In this document: one piece after another, positions 11,652 through 25,400 of the stretch | Layout of the letters: every line of letters begins with the position of its first letter | Numbering within the stretch: position 1 is the first letter of the stretch | Source of the DNA: Monocercomonoides exilis PA203 | Taxonomy: Eukaryota; Protista; Preaxostyla | DNA length: 64,000 nt | Reading direction: 5' to 3' | Assembly (NCBI GenBank): GCA_001643675.2 | Contig: LSRY02000016.1 | Location: forward strand, 1,426,001-1,490,000 | The notes under the pieces: generated by a model | The model's input: the letters and a program-made list of their open reading frames with translations, nothing else | Told to the model about the DNA's origin: nothing | Databases searched by the model: none | Program-made: the position numbers and the translations under genes

Positions 11652-14600
11652 ATGCTTCATTCTCTCATTTTGTTAACACTTTTTTTGCTTTTTGAAACAA
11701 CTCAAAATGAACAAAATTTGATTATCAAAAAGTTGAACAAAGAACTTGTGACGAGTAAAAACCAGTTTGCAAAATTCTCTTATCTGTAAATTCATTTCAT
11801 GTGCTATTGCTTTTCTTTATTCACTTGCAGAAATATCGATTTCAAAGATCGTGAAGTTGTGAAAGTTAATCCAGCTGTGAATGCATCTCTGAAAACAACA
11901 TGCTCAATGGTGAATTCACTTTTTATCTCCTCGAACAGTTCTGTTGAAATGATTTCATTGGTGTTAAAGACATTCTGTTCTCCAGCCGTAACAATCGACA
12001 AACATTCTTCAATGAAGTTCACAAACTGTGTTTTCTTCACTTCGTCATCTTCTTTGTTTGTGCTTCAAGGAGGGTCTCTTTGTTTGAATAACTTAAGTGT
12101 TGTATCTCAAGAACATTCAAATATTCAAAGTCTAATTGAAACATCAAGTGAGAAATCCTCTCTTGTTCTTCAGAATTCTGTGTTTTCAGACCTTATTGTT
12201 TCATCGCCATCTCATTTTCTGTATTCGGAGTTGTGCCAAAGTGTGGAAGTTGGTGATTGCCACTTTTCCAATATCTCATCTAATTCTATAACAAAAGATA
12301 ACCATAAAACAAAACACACATGTTGTTCACAATTGGTGGATAATTGTGCTGCAATTTCAACCCCTTCCAACATTTTCTATTCTTGCTTTTCCGGTGATGA
12401 AAATTGTTCTCGAATGTGTTTATTCAGAAACAACTCATTTTCATTTGTGACACGAGTTGATAATTATGAACTGAAAGAAAAAGTGAACACAACAGAAACT
12501 CAATCCTTCAAACACTGCGAATGGGTGGACTGCACAGAAGAAAAAGGAGGAGCAATATTTGTTCATGAGAATTCTAAAGCAACTTTAACAGTTGAGAATT
12601 CATCTTTCACGAGATGTCACGCTTCTGTGACAAGAGGTGGCGCAATTTATGCTTATAACATTGCTGAATGTGTTGTTAAGTGTTCATCATTTTCTCAATG
12701 CACATGTGCAATGTTAAATAATGATGGTGGTGGTGGAGGAATAATGGCAGAGAATGTTCAAACCCAATCACTTGTAGATTGTTGTTCTTTCCAAAACTGT
12801 TCATCTGGAAACGATGGAGGAGCAATAAATTTTCGGCCAACGATGACAAAGAAACAAAAACATTGCATAACGGATTCAATGTTTGAACATTGCCAAGCAA
12901 ATAGTACCACTGATGGAACTGGTGGAGCATTTGAACATTGGTTTGGAACAGACAAAGTCATTATTTCAAACTGCATTTTTCTCCGCTGCAGTTCAAAGTG
13001 TGGAGGAGGAGCAGTTAGTCAGCAGATAAATGAAAATAACAATGGAATATTGTTGTATTTCTGTTTTTTCCACAAAAACACCTGCTTAAAAGGTGGACAT
13101 GATATTGTTTTGTTCGGTTCAACATCAAACAACATTGACATTAGCTGTTTTTCAACAAGAAACTCTTCAAATAGAGTGAGCTTAACTCATATAGATATTA
13201 TTGATCAAAGCGATTGGCTTCAGAATGAAGGAGGAAGGATCAGATATGTGGGGTCGAAGCAGAATCAGGAGAATGCAAGAGATGCATTTGTATGTGGCAT
13301 CAATGAAAGCCATCCCTGCAACACAGTCAGCCATTGCCTGACACAGATGATTCCAGGTGTTGTGAAAGACATCAAAATACTGGCAGGAACAATTGTCGAA
13401 ACACAAAGTGTGGATTGTGGTGTCAACACATTCACAATATGCGGGCAAAGTGATTCGAGCACAACGATGCAAACAGAATTTGGAACAGCAGGCTTGTCTC
13501 TTTTTTCGGTCTCAGCAGGCACATTGTCTGTCAGCGACCTTGCTCTTGTGCACGACCCAACACGCCAGAACAATTGCAGAACAAGGTTGTTCGAAATATC
13601 AGGCGAGGGAGAAATGGATGTGAGCAGGCTGAACATATCGGCTGGAAGCGCACCCCAATCTGGTACAGCTTATTCCACAGAAATGGTTTGCATGCAAAAT
13701 GGGAGGATGAGCATGGATCATGTGAGTTGGGCAAAGACGGTTTCCATAAATTCACTGTTTTCGCTTTCTTCAACAAGTGCTGTTTCATTGACACTTTCGG
13801 AGTGTGACTTTGTTGGGATTGAAAGAACAACCAGCGGATCAGCAGTGATATCGTTATCCAATGGCATGGCAACTATTGATTTGAATTCAAGTGTATTTGA
13901 AGGGTGTGGGAGCACAAGTTCAGAGAACGGAGGATCAACAATGCTGTGTGTTGGGGATGCAAATGAAGTGAATGTGAAAGACGGGTCGTTTAATGGCTGC
14001 TTTTGCTCGGCATCCAACGGACTTGGCGGAGGAATCCTTCTTCAATTATTAACTGAAAACCCAGATTTCTTGATTTCTTCCTCCTTTGGCACAAACACAG
14101 CCAAGTGGGGAAATGACATCTTTGTCACTTCTCCAAATCTGGAAGAAACTGCAAAGTCACAAAAAATCATATGTGTCACAGCCTCTTTGGATTCTCTTGA
14201 CAAAGTGAGAGGATATGATGGTGGAAACAACAGTGTTGCCATCCCTCTGTGCATCTATCTTCTTCCCACACCAGAAGAAATACATGTGAGTAATACTGAG
14301 GCATCCAATCACTCGCATTGCGGAATTGTCCAATTCCCTTGTTTGACCTTGAAGCATTCACTCACAAGGCAAACAGAAACAAAGAAAGTTGTTGTGAATG
14401 GAATGATTTTGATGAGCGAAGAATTGGCCTTTGCTGATCAGAAGCACAGCATCCGAGGAAATGATGATGAAAGTGGTTGGACAGTCTCTGATTCAAGTGA
14501 AACATCCAATTCATCGATGATTTCAGCAAGTGTTGAAACAGAATTATCAAAACTCATCTTTTCCCTTCCTCCTTCTCTTTCACATTCCACTTTCATTTCT

Positions 14601-17600
14601 TCTTCTTCATCATCAATGGCCATATCACGTTGTTCTTTAACCCTTCAAAGTCCTTCATCTGAAATTGCATTTGTATTCTTGTCTGTTGACTCGGGGATGT
14701 TAGCAATCGATACATTCTCGGCTTCGTCAATCACTTTGAAAGAACATCCATTGATCTCGTTGTCAGGAAGCAGCACAGAAGCAGAATTAATAATCACTCC
14801 GTGGTTGAACATGACGAATTGCCATTTTACAGAAATAGAAAGAGCAACTGGAAATGGAGGCTGTGTGAACATCGATAATAGCAATGATGAAAATTCAAAA
14901 ACACAAATTAATATCGAAGAGAATGTTTTTGATGGATGCTTTGTGCTGGCTGATGGAAGCAGAGGAGGTGCTGTTTTTGCTCGGATAAAAGGGAATACTC
15001 AATTGAACATCATTTCATGCACTTTCACAAGATGCACAGCACCAGAAGAAGAAGGCAAAACTGGGCTTGGGGGAGGGATGGCACTGACATTGGTTGATGA
15101 TGATTCTTCATTTTCAATATCATCCCCTGTTTTTGATGCAAGCAAGCCAAATGTTGCGAAACATGGAAGTGACCTGTTTGTCGAATCATCCAACTTGACA
15201 AAGAGCATCACCAACGCCTCTCTTCCATTTGTGCTCGAGCACATGGCAGATATTTCGTTGGATTCATTGAGCGGCTTTGATGGAAGCGATGCAACAAATG
15301 CCATTCCTCTGATCTATTTCTGGCAAACATTTGGATCAGAGATATTTATTGGGGGCAATGGAAAGGATGTGTGTATTTGTGGACTTTCTGATTATCCTTG
15401 CCTGTCAATTGATTATTCTCTGGATCGTCTGCCTGAAGGAAATGATAAAAGCATTCACTTCATTGGAAAAGGAATTCTCAAAAAAGTGTTGATCTTGGTG
15501 ATATTTCAATAAGTTCGGATAACACAGACATGTGCTCACTTGAGTGTCGCTCTTCTATTGAAGGAGCGGAGGATGAAGCAATGAATATTCTAGGCATCTC
15601 ATATTTTGAATTGATAAGATTCGTTCTGCCATCTTTGTTTGCCACTGGTGTAAACAGTTTGATGCATGTCGGCTCCAGCGAAGGATCGTTGACTCTGAAA
15701 GACTGTTCATTCGCAAAAAATGAAGAAAGCGGAGAAGAAGATATGATTAACTTTGGCTTGATTAAGGCGGATGCAGGAAGTGTTGTTTTCGAATTTGTGA
15801 CAATACAGTCGCTTTCCTTTTCCTGCGACATCGTATCAATAGCATCTGCTGCATCCTTGGCATTCAGAAACTTGACAATGAAAAACATCCAGCTGGAAGG
15901 CGGAAGCGGATTGTGCGTTGCAAGGGCTTCAACTGGAGGCGAGAATGTGAATGCTGAAGCCGATGAAAGTGTTGTGGTGGAGTGGAGCACACTTGAGGAA
16001 GTGACCCAGAGTGCAGCTGGCGACATCGCAATGATCCGAAGCACAGGCATTGACCCAACAAAAATGGTCATCCGCAACACAACAATCAAAAAATGTGGTG
16101 GTTCTGGATGCAAAAATGGAGGGGCTGCTTTGTTCAGACTGAACGAAGGAGGGTATTTTGACTGCTTGTTTTCTTCAATCACCGACTGCTTCTGCTCATC
16201 AACTGGAAGGGGCGGAGGCTTGTTTTTGGAATGCACGTCTGCGGCTGCCGAGCCAGCAGCATTTGTGCTGTCGAACATCACGTTCAAGGACAATGCTGCA
16301 TATAGGGGAAGAGACGTGTATGTGAAGTGCCGCTCGATAGAAGCACAGATCGCAGATGGGCAGTTTTTGCTGGACTTCAGAGCCCCATTTGTGAAAGACC
16401 TCGCAATATGGGGATGCACCTCAGACATGTATCTGGACGAGGAAGATCTGCTGAAGAGAATTGTGAAGTACCAGAGCGAGACGGTGTTTGTGTCTTCGGC
16501 TGGGGACAATCACGAGGACAGCAAGCAGTGCGGAGGGCTGGATGGGCCATGCAGCACGCTGAGCGAAGGGCTGCTGCACATCATTCCGTCATTATTCTCC
16601 CAGCTGCTGATCTCCAGCCGCACCGCCATCTTGAGCAGATGCAATGTGCTGAATGTCACCATCCGCTCGCTCGAATCGCCTTCGCCGGCACAGGTGTTCC
16701 TCAACTCAACAATCCCACATGGCAGCAGCGTTATCGCAACCTCAGAGAAAGTCCGGATCGAGAGCTTGTCGTTCTCTGTTGGCTCCTCCTTTTCGTTTTC
16801 AGGAGGAACATTCATCAGCGAGACAAATGGGCAGCTTTATCTTTCGTCAGTCCTTTTTGCATCTGAAGTGCCTTCAAACAGCATCCATCCCATTGCCTTC
16901 AACTCGGCTCTCCTGAGCGTTGAAAGCGGGCTTCTGCTCATCGATAATTGCAACATATCGGAAATTTCATTTGAGCAGCCAGTGTTCCGGCTTGACTGGC
17001 AGCAGCAAGGTGTCTTTGGAAAAAGTGGGTGTGAAGCAGGTTGAGTTGTCGTCCAATCTGTTTGAAGTTGGAGAGTGTGAGAGTGTGGTGATTGATGATG
17101 CAGCGGTGGATGGAGTGAAGTCTCGCAATGGCAGTGTCATTTCCGTTTGCGAAGATATGTCGGGAGTTGTTTCCTTTGGCAGTTCTTCCATCAGAAACTT
17201 CAGTCGTGACTCTTTTGGTGCATGCTTCCTTTCGTCAACCTCGCCTTCTGCCCGGATAAACCTGTCAAACTGCTCGTGCTCAAATTGTGTGTCGTTGTCG
17301 AAAAAAGGGAGCATCGTGGATGTCAGCAGGGCGCTTGACATTTCGATGCACATGTGCGAGTTTGTGGGGAGGCAAGCAATTTCCAGCAGCGAAGAGAGTG
17401 TCTGCAAATGGAATGGATCGCTCATCCAGTTGTCGCGTGCAGCAGCACTGATGAAGGATGTGACAATATCGAATTCGTCATCAGGCGGATTGTCGTTGGC
17501 AGCAGGCAACATGACAATCGAGAAAGGCGAGTTTAATGATAACAGCCCCTCGATGCCGAAATACCCGTCACTCCGCCGGAACATCTTCTGCTGCGATTCG

Positions 17601-19433
17601 GCTTCGTTGGCAATTGGCAGCTTGAAAGGCGGGGATGGCGTGAAGGACAACACTTCGTTGTGGATCATGAGCGAAGACTGCAGCCTGAAGGGTGCTGCAC
17701 AGGAGCGATCCTCCCCGTTTTTCATTCCTCATCTGGAATCAGCAAGTCTGGCTGAATCTGGGAGCAACGCTGATATCAAATTCACAGGATCGCTTTTCCT
17801 GCCGTGTGATCTATCTTTCAAGTTGATATGCACAATCAACGATGTGGAGTTGGTCGAGCGGTATCCATTTGACGAAAACAGCTTTGCTTCTGAAACAGAA
17901 GTTGTTGGAACAATTCCATCAGCAAAGTTAACATCAGATTCCGATGGGTCAGAACTCTCCACGGCAATTGTGTTTGGGAGATCTTCAGCTTCGACAAAGT
18001 CATTCATTCTGAAGAACAGGAGTGAGTCTGAACAAAAAGGGGGCGAAAGATTAGTCGAAGGTGGAAACGAAGGAAAATCTTATTTATTATTGATTGTTAT
18101 TATTATGGCTGTTGTTCTATTGATTGTCCTTGCTGTGTCTGTTGTATTCATTGTTCGATGGAGAAGGGCAAAGAATGAGAACAAAGATCTGAGAGAGATT
18201 GTGAATGATAACATCAGAAAGGATCCAAAGGCGTTTGAGATGGTGACGATGGAGATGTCACCCGAGGAACAGTGGAGGAGAGCAGAGAATGAGGCAGAGA
18301 AGAAGAATGATGAGAGGATAAAGAAGAGAGTGTATGAGAAAAACTTGGGTCATTCAGAGTCATCAGAGCATTTGTTGAGTGAGAGTGGATCGACTGAATA
18401 CATTCTTGGGAGAGATTTAGACAAGATTCCTGAATGGGCATTGGAGAAAGATGAGGAAGAGGAAATTCGAAAGCGAACACCATCGCCATCTATCTCATCC
18501 ACTTCAACAACAGACACTTCGGACACAGATTCCACTTTTGTTCGAGGAGAGGATCTGTGCCCCACCACCTCATCGATGTCGAATCTGGTGGATGCGATGG
18601 CCTGTTCATCGCCTCACGAAAAGCTCATTGTGGATCTGAGGGATTCGCTGTTCATGCTATTGCATGGGCTGAATAAGACAAAGGAGATGGCGATTGGGAG
18701 TTTGAAGGAGAGGGAGCAAACAGCTGCTCAGATCCTGTTCTGGGTGGCCAATCTTGCGCTCCATTCCTTTGACGAAATGGAAAATGAGCTTTCCTCTTTG
18801 GCCAATCTCAGTCCCCACATTGTGCTGTTCTCGGAGCACATGGTCATCTGCATTGCCCTCCACTCAGACTGCTCGTCAGACTCTGACACTTCATCTGTCT
18901 CTTCAGCCTCCACCATTGCCACATCTTCCTCTGATGTTTCTGTGAAGAGCGAGAGATTCACAAAATCACCTCCTCCTTCATCGGCCTTTGAGGATGAGGA
19001 TGACAACAGAAAAGAGTGCATGAGGTGGAAGGCGCCAGAGCTGCTGATCAACAAGAAGATGGGAGCAACAAAGGAATCAGTTGCCTTCTCCGTTGGGATG
19101 ATGCTGTGGGAATGTCTGACACTGAATATCCCGTTTGGAGAATACGAGGCAGAAATTGCGGGGCAGAAGATTGTGAATGGAGAACGGCCTTTCATGGGAA
19201 TTACCGAAAAGAACCCATTTTCTGGCTGCATTCTGTCGTGCCTGGACAGCAATGCCCCGGCAAGGCCAACACTTGTCGGCCTCAAGCGCGAGTTCATACA
19301 GCACTTTCCTGCAGGCGCAGCTGTGCTCACGATGTCCGATTCAATTGGCTACGCTTATTCCAGCAGCAACGGCAGTCGGCACAAGGCTTCTGGGACAGAG
19401 TCCGAAGGGAGTGGCTCTGGAAGTGTTTTATAA
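11652..19433 (+). pseudogene. Giant Cys-rich type-I membrane receptor with C-terminal kinase-like domain, copy A; two frameshifts as assembled (may be an intact gene with sequencing errors)
   Basis: Signal-peptide-like start MLHSLILLTLFLLF at 11652 and a 45-nt intron at 11786-11830. ORFs 11799-15512, 15530-17044 and 16920-19433 match copy B. Copy A has A6 instead of A7 at 15480-15485 and an extra T at ~16992. Confidence 0.85.
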
Positions 19434-22400
19434 AAATTGCGTTTCAGCAAAAGGATTGCAAAGTGCAAATGGAATCTGGGGCATTTATCAGGAATGGCAA
19501 TGGCATTTGCATTTGTAGTCTGTTCTTATGCGCCATTAATAGGGGGGTGAATGGTTGTGTTGCTGCTTTTGTTGGGTGTGGCAAGAGGCGTTTTGCACCA
19601 TTTTCAAAGCAAAAATGGAACTTTTTATTTATTTATTTGTTCGTTTTCTGTTTATGATTCTTATGGCTTGAAAGCACGCACCAACAAAGGCATGAAACAT
19701 TTTGTCACAGGGTTATAAATAGAATTTGTGATACTTTCTGAAAAAAAAGGCATTAAAATAATAAATGATATTCAAAAGATCCAAAAACAAGAGTCGATTT
19801 TCACTCATGCAATTCACGCTTTGCGCATTTTGGAGAAATATGATGAATAACTCATTCAACTTTAAAATTAATGAGAGAAATTGTTATTTGTTGAAAAGTT
19901 TTAATTTTCATTTCTTTTTGCATTTCTCAGAAAAGAAACTTTCACAAAATAAAAAAAAAAATTATAAAATTCCATGGTAAAGGATTTTATGAGAATTTCA
20001 TTTTTAACTTTTATTTTCAAATACGTCTTTTTCATTTTTGTCTCGGTGATATTTTACAAAGAGATTAATTTTATGAAAAATAGAACTTGAAATGTGTTCA
20101 GAAAAATTTCTGATTGTTGGCTTTGGCTTCACAAAGTTATCGCTAAATAAATATTCTTCAGATCGATGTGCTGTGATGCAAGGAAAAACGTTAATGTTTC
20201 GTTTCAAAATCAAATAAATATAAACGTTTTTCACATCCATTTTTAACTTTTGAATGAATAAAAGTGTATTGCAATGCAATCTGTTTCATTTGTGAGACTA
20301 TTTTGTTTTAATTCGTTTCTTTGATTATCGAAAGAAGACGCGACAAATCTCTCCCTTCAGTGATGTTGTATTGATTTCATCTTTATCTTTTATTGTTATT
20401 TGAAAAATGATAAAAAGAATTATGAAGCATTTCTAAAAAAAATGAAAAACTTCACCCACATATTTTTTTATTTTCTAACTTTTTAATCTGCTTGAAATTA
20501 ATATCTCCTAAAACATCATATCAGACTAAAATTAATGCCTATAATAACAAAAAGAAGTAGTACACTTTCAAATAGTCATTCGAAATATTTCTCCAAAATG
20601 CGCAAAGCGTGAATTGCATGAGTGAAAATCGACTCTTGTTTTTGGATCTTTTGAATATCATTTATTATTTTAATGCCTTTTTTTTCAGAAAGTATCACAA
20701 ATTCTATTTATAACCCTGTGACAAAATGTTTCATGCCTTTGTTGGTGCGTGCTTTCAAGCCATAAGAATCATAAACAGAAAACGAACAAATAAATAAATA
20801 AAAAGTTCCATTTTTGCTTTGAAAATGGTGCAAAACGCCTCTTGCCACACCCAACAAAAGCAGCAACACAACCATTCACCCCCCTATTAATGGCGCATAA
20901 GAACAGACTACAAATGCAAATGCCATTGCCATTCCTGATAAATGCCCCAGATTCCATTTGCACTTTGCAATCCTTTTGCTGAAACGCAATTTTTATAAAA
21001 CACTTCCAGAGCCACTCCCTTCGGACTCTGTCCCAGAAGCCTTGTGCCGACTGCCGTTGCTGCTGGAATAAGCGTAGCCAATTGAATCGGACATCGTGAG
21101 CACAGCTGCGCCTGCAGGAAAGTGCTGTATGAACTCGCGCTTGAGGCCGACAAGTGTTGGCCTTGCCGGGGCATTGCTGTCCAGGCACGACAGAATGCAG
21201 CCAGAAAATGGGTTCTTTTCGGTAATTCCCATGAAAGGCCGTTCTCCATTCACAATCTTCTGCCCCGCAATTTCTGCCTCGTATTCTCCAAACGGGATAT
21301 TCAGTGTCAGACACTCCCACAGCATCATCCCAACGGAGAAGGCAACTGATTCCTTTGTTGCTCCCATCTTCTTGTTGATCAGCAGCTCTGGCGCCTTCCA
21401 CCTCATGCACTCTTTTCTGTTGTCATCCTCATCCTCAAAGGCCGATGAAGGAGGAGGTGATTTTGTGAATCTCTCGCTCTTCACAGAAACATCAGAGGAA
21501 GATGTGGCAATGGTGGAGGCTGAAGAGACAGATGAAGTGTCAGAGTCTGACGAGCAGTCTGAGTGGAGGGCAATGCAGATGACCATGTGCTCCGAGAACA
21601 GCACAATGTGGGGACTGAGATTGGCCAAAGAGGAAAGCTCATTTTCCATTTCGTCAAAGGAATGGAGCGCAAGATTGGCCACCCAGAACAGGATCTGAGC
21701 AGCTGTTTGCTCCCTCTCCTTCAAACTCCCAATCGCCATCTCCTTTGTCTTATTCAGCCCATGCAATAGCATGAACAGCGAATCCCTCAGATCCACAATG
21801 AGCTTTTCGTGAGGCGATGAACAGGCCATCGCATCCACCAGATTCGACATCGATGAGGTGGTGGGGCACAGATCCTCTCCTCGAACAAAAGTGGAATCTG
21901 TGTCCGAAGTGTCTGTTGTTGAAGTGGATGAGATAGATGGCGATGGTGTTCGCTTTCGAATTTCCTCTTCCTCATCTTTCTCCAATGCCCATTCAGGAAT
22001 CTTGTCTAAATCTCTCCCAAGAATGTATTCAGTCGATCCACTCTCACTCAACAAATGCTCTGATGACTCTGAATGACCCAAGTTTTTCTCATACACTCTC
22101 TTCTTTATCCTCTCATCATTCTTCTTCTCTGCCTCATTCTCTGCTCTCCTCCACTGTTCCTCGGGTGACATCTCCATCGTCACCATCTCAAACGCCTTTG
22201 GATCCTTTCTGATGTTATCATTCACAATCTCTCTCAGATCTTTGTTCTCATTCTTTGCCCTTCTCCATCGAACAATGAATACAACAGACACAGCAAGGAC
22301 AATCAATAGAACAACAGCCATAATAATAACAATCAATAATAAATAAGATTTTCCTTCGTTTCCACCTTCGACTAATCTTTCGCCCCCTTTTTGTTCAGAC

Positions 22401-25400
22401 TCACTCCTGTTCTTCAGAATGAATGACTTTGTCGAAGCTGAAGATCTCCCAAACACAATTGCCGTGGAGAGTTCTGACCCATCGGAATCTGATGTTAACT
22501 TTGCTGATGGAATTGTTCCAACAACTTCTGTTTCAGAAGCAAAGCTGTTTTCGTCAAATGGATACCGCTCGACCAACTCCACATCGTTGATTGTGCATAT
22601 CAACTTGAAAGATAGATCACACGGCAGGAAAAGCGATCCTGTGAATTTGATATCAGCGTTGCTCCCAGATTCAGCCAGACTTGCTGATTCCAGATGAGGA
22701 ATGAAAAACGGGGAGGATCGCTCCTGTGCAGCACCCTTCAGGCTGCAGTCTTCGCTCATGATCCACAACGAAGTGTTGTCCTTCACGCCATCCCCGCCTT
22801 TCAAGCTGCCAATTGCCAACGAAGCCGAATCGCAGCAGAAGATGTTCCGGCGGAGTGACGGGTATTTCGGCATCGAGGGGCTGTTATCATTAAACTCGCC
22901 TTTCTCGATTGTCATGTTGCCTGCTGCCAACGACAATCCGCCTGATGACGAATTCGATATTGTCACATCCTTCATCAGTGCTGCTGCACGCGACAACTGG
23001 ATGAGCGATCCATTCCATTTGCAGACACTCTCTTCGCTGCTGGAAATTGCTTGCCTCCCCACAAACTCGCACATGTGCATCGAAATGTCAAGCGCCCTGC
23101 TGACATCCACGATGCTCCCTTTTTTCGACAACGACACACAATTTGAGCACGAGCAGTTTGACAGGTTTATCCGGGCAGAAGGCGAGGTTGACGAAAGGAA
23201 GCATGCACCAAAAGAGTCACGACTGAAGTTTCTGATGGAAGAACTGCCAAAGGAAACAACTCCCGACATATCTTCGCAAACGGAAATGACACTGCCATTG
23301 CGAGACTTCACTCCATCCACCGCTGCATCATCAATCACCACACTCTCACACTCTCCAACTTCAAACAGATTGGACGACAACTCAACCTGCTTCACACCCA
23401 CTTTTTCCAAAGACACCTTGCTGCTGCCAGTCAGCCGGAACACTGGCTGCTCAAATGAAATTTCCGATATGTTGCAATTATCGATGAGCAGAAGCCCGCT
23501 TTCAACGCTCAGGAGAGCCGAGTTGAAGGCAATGGGATGGATGCTGTTTGAAGGCACTTCAGATGCAAAAAGGACTGACGAAAGATAAAGCTGCCCATTT
23601 GTCTCGCTGATGAATGTTCCTCCTGAAAACGAAAAGGAGGAGCCAACAGAGAACGACAAGCTCTCGATCCGGACTTTCTCTGAGGTTGCGATAACGCTGC
23701 TGCCATGTGGGATTGTTGAGTTGAGGAACACCTGTGCCGGCGAAGGCGATTCGAGCGAGCGGATGGTGACATTCAGCACATTGCATCTGCTCAAGATGGC
23801 GGTGCGGCTGGAGATCAGCAGCTGGGAGAATAATGACGGAATGATGTGCAGCAGCCCTTCGCTCAGCGTGCTGCATGGCCCATCCAGCCCTCCGCACTGC
23901 TTGCTGTCCTCGTGATTGTCCCCAGCCGAAGACACAAACACCGTCTCGCTCTGGTACTTCACAATTCTCTTCAGCAGATCTTCCTCGTCCAGATACATGT
24001 CTGAGGTGCATCCCCATATTGCGAGGTCTTTCACAAATGGGGCTCTGAAGTCCAGCAAAAACTGCCCATCTGCGATCTGTGCTTCTATCGAGCGGCACTT
24101 CACATACACGTCTCTTCCCCTATATGCAGCATTGTCCTTGAACGTGATGTTCGACAGCACAAATGCTGCTGGCTCGGCAGCCGCAGACGTGCATTCCAAA
24201 AACAAGCCTCCGCCCCTTCCAGTTGATGAGCAGAAGCAGTCGGTGATTGAAGAAAACAAGCAGTCAAAATACCCTCCTTCGTTCAGTCTGAACAAAGCAG
24301 CCCCTCCATTTTTGCATCCAGAACCACCACATTTTTTGATTGTTGTGTTGCGGATGACCATTTTTGTTGGGTCAATGCCTGTGCTTCGGATCATTGCGAT
24401 GTCGCCAGCTGCACTCTGGGTCACTTCCTCAAGTGTGCTCCACTCCACCACAACACTTTCATCGGCTTCAGCATTCACATTCTCGCCTCCAGTTGAAGCC
24501 CTTGCAACGCACAATCCGCTTCCGCCTTCCAGCTGGATGTTTTTCATTGTCAAGTTTCTGAATGCCAAGGATGCAGCAGATGCTATTGATACGATGTCGC
24601 AGGAAAAGGAAAGCGACTGTATTGTCACAAATTCGAAAACAACACTTCCTGCATCCGCCTTAATCAAGCCAAAGTTAATCATATCTTCTTCTCCGCTTTC
24701 TTCATTTTTTGCGAATGAACAGTCTTTCAGAGTCAACGATCCTTCGCTGGAGCCGACATGCATCAAACTGTTTACACCAGTGGCAAACAAAGATGGCAGA
24801 ACGAATCTTATCAATTCAAAATATGAGATGCCTAGAATATTCATTGCTTCATCCTCCGCTCCTTCAATAGAAGAGCGACACTCAAGTGAGCACATGTCTG
24901 TGTTATCCGAACTTATTGAAATATCACCAAGATCAACACTTTTTTTGAGAATTCCTTTTCCAATGAAGTGAATGCTTTTATCATTTCCTTCAGGCAGACG
25001 ATCCAGAGAATAATCAATTGACAGGCAAGGATAATCAGAAAGTCCACAAATACACACATCCTTTCCATTGCCCCCAATAAATATCTCTGATCCAAATGTT
25101 TGCCAGAAATAGATCAGAGGAATGGCATTTGTTGCATCGCTTCCATCAAAGCCGCTCAATGAATCCAACGAAATATCTGCCATGTGCTCGAGCACAAATG
25201 GAAGAGAGGCGTTGGTGATGCTCTTTGTCAAGTTGGATGATTCGACAAACAGGTCACTTCCATGTTTCGCAACATTTGGCTTGCTTGCATCAAAAACAGG
25301 GGATGATATTGAAAATGAAGAATCATCATCAACCAATGTCAGTGCCATCCCTCCCCCAAGCCCAGTTTTGCCTTCTTCTTCTGGTGCTGTGCATCTTGTG

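Noticed and set aside
15478-24971. Long antisense and alternate-frame ORFs within the receptor genes (for example 15478-16509, 16967-17725, 22701-23588, 23916-24971)
   Set aside because: They are shadows of the real coding strand. They recur only because the DNA is duplicated and have no independent motifs.
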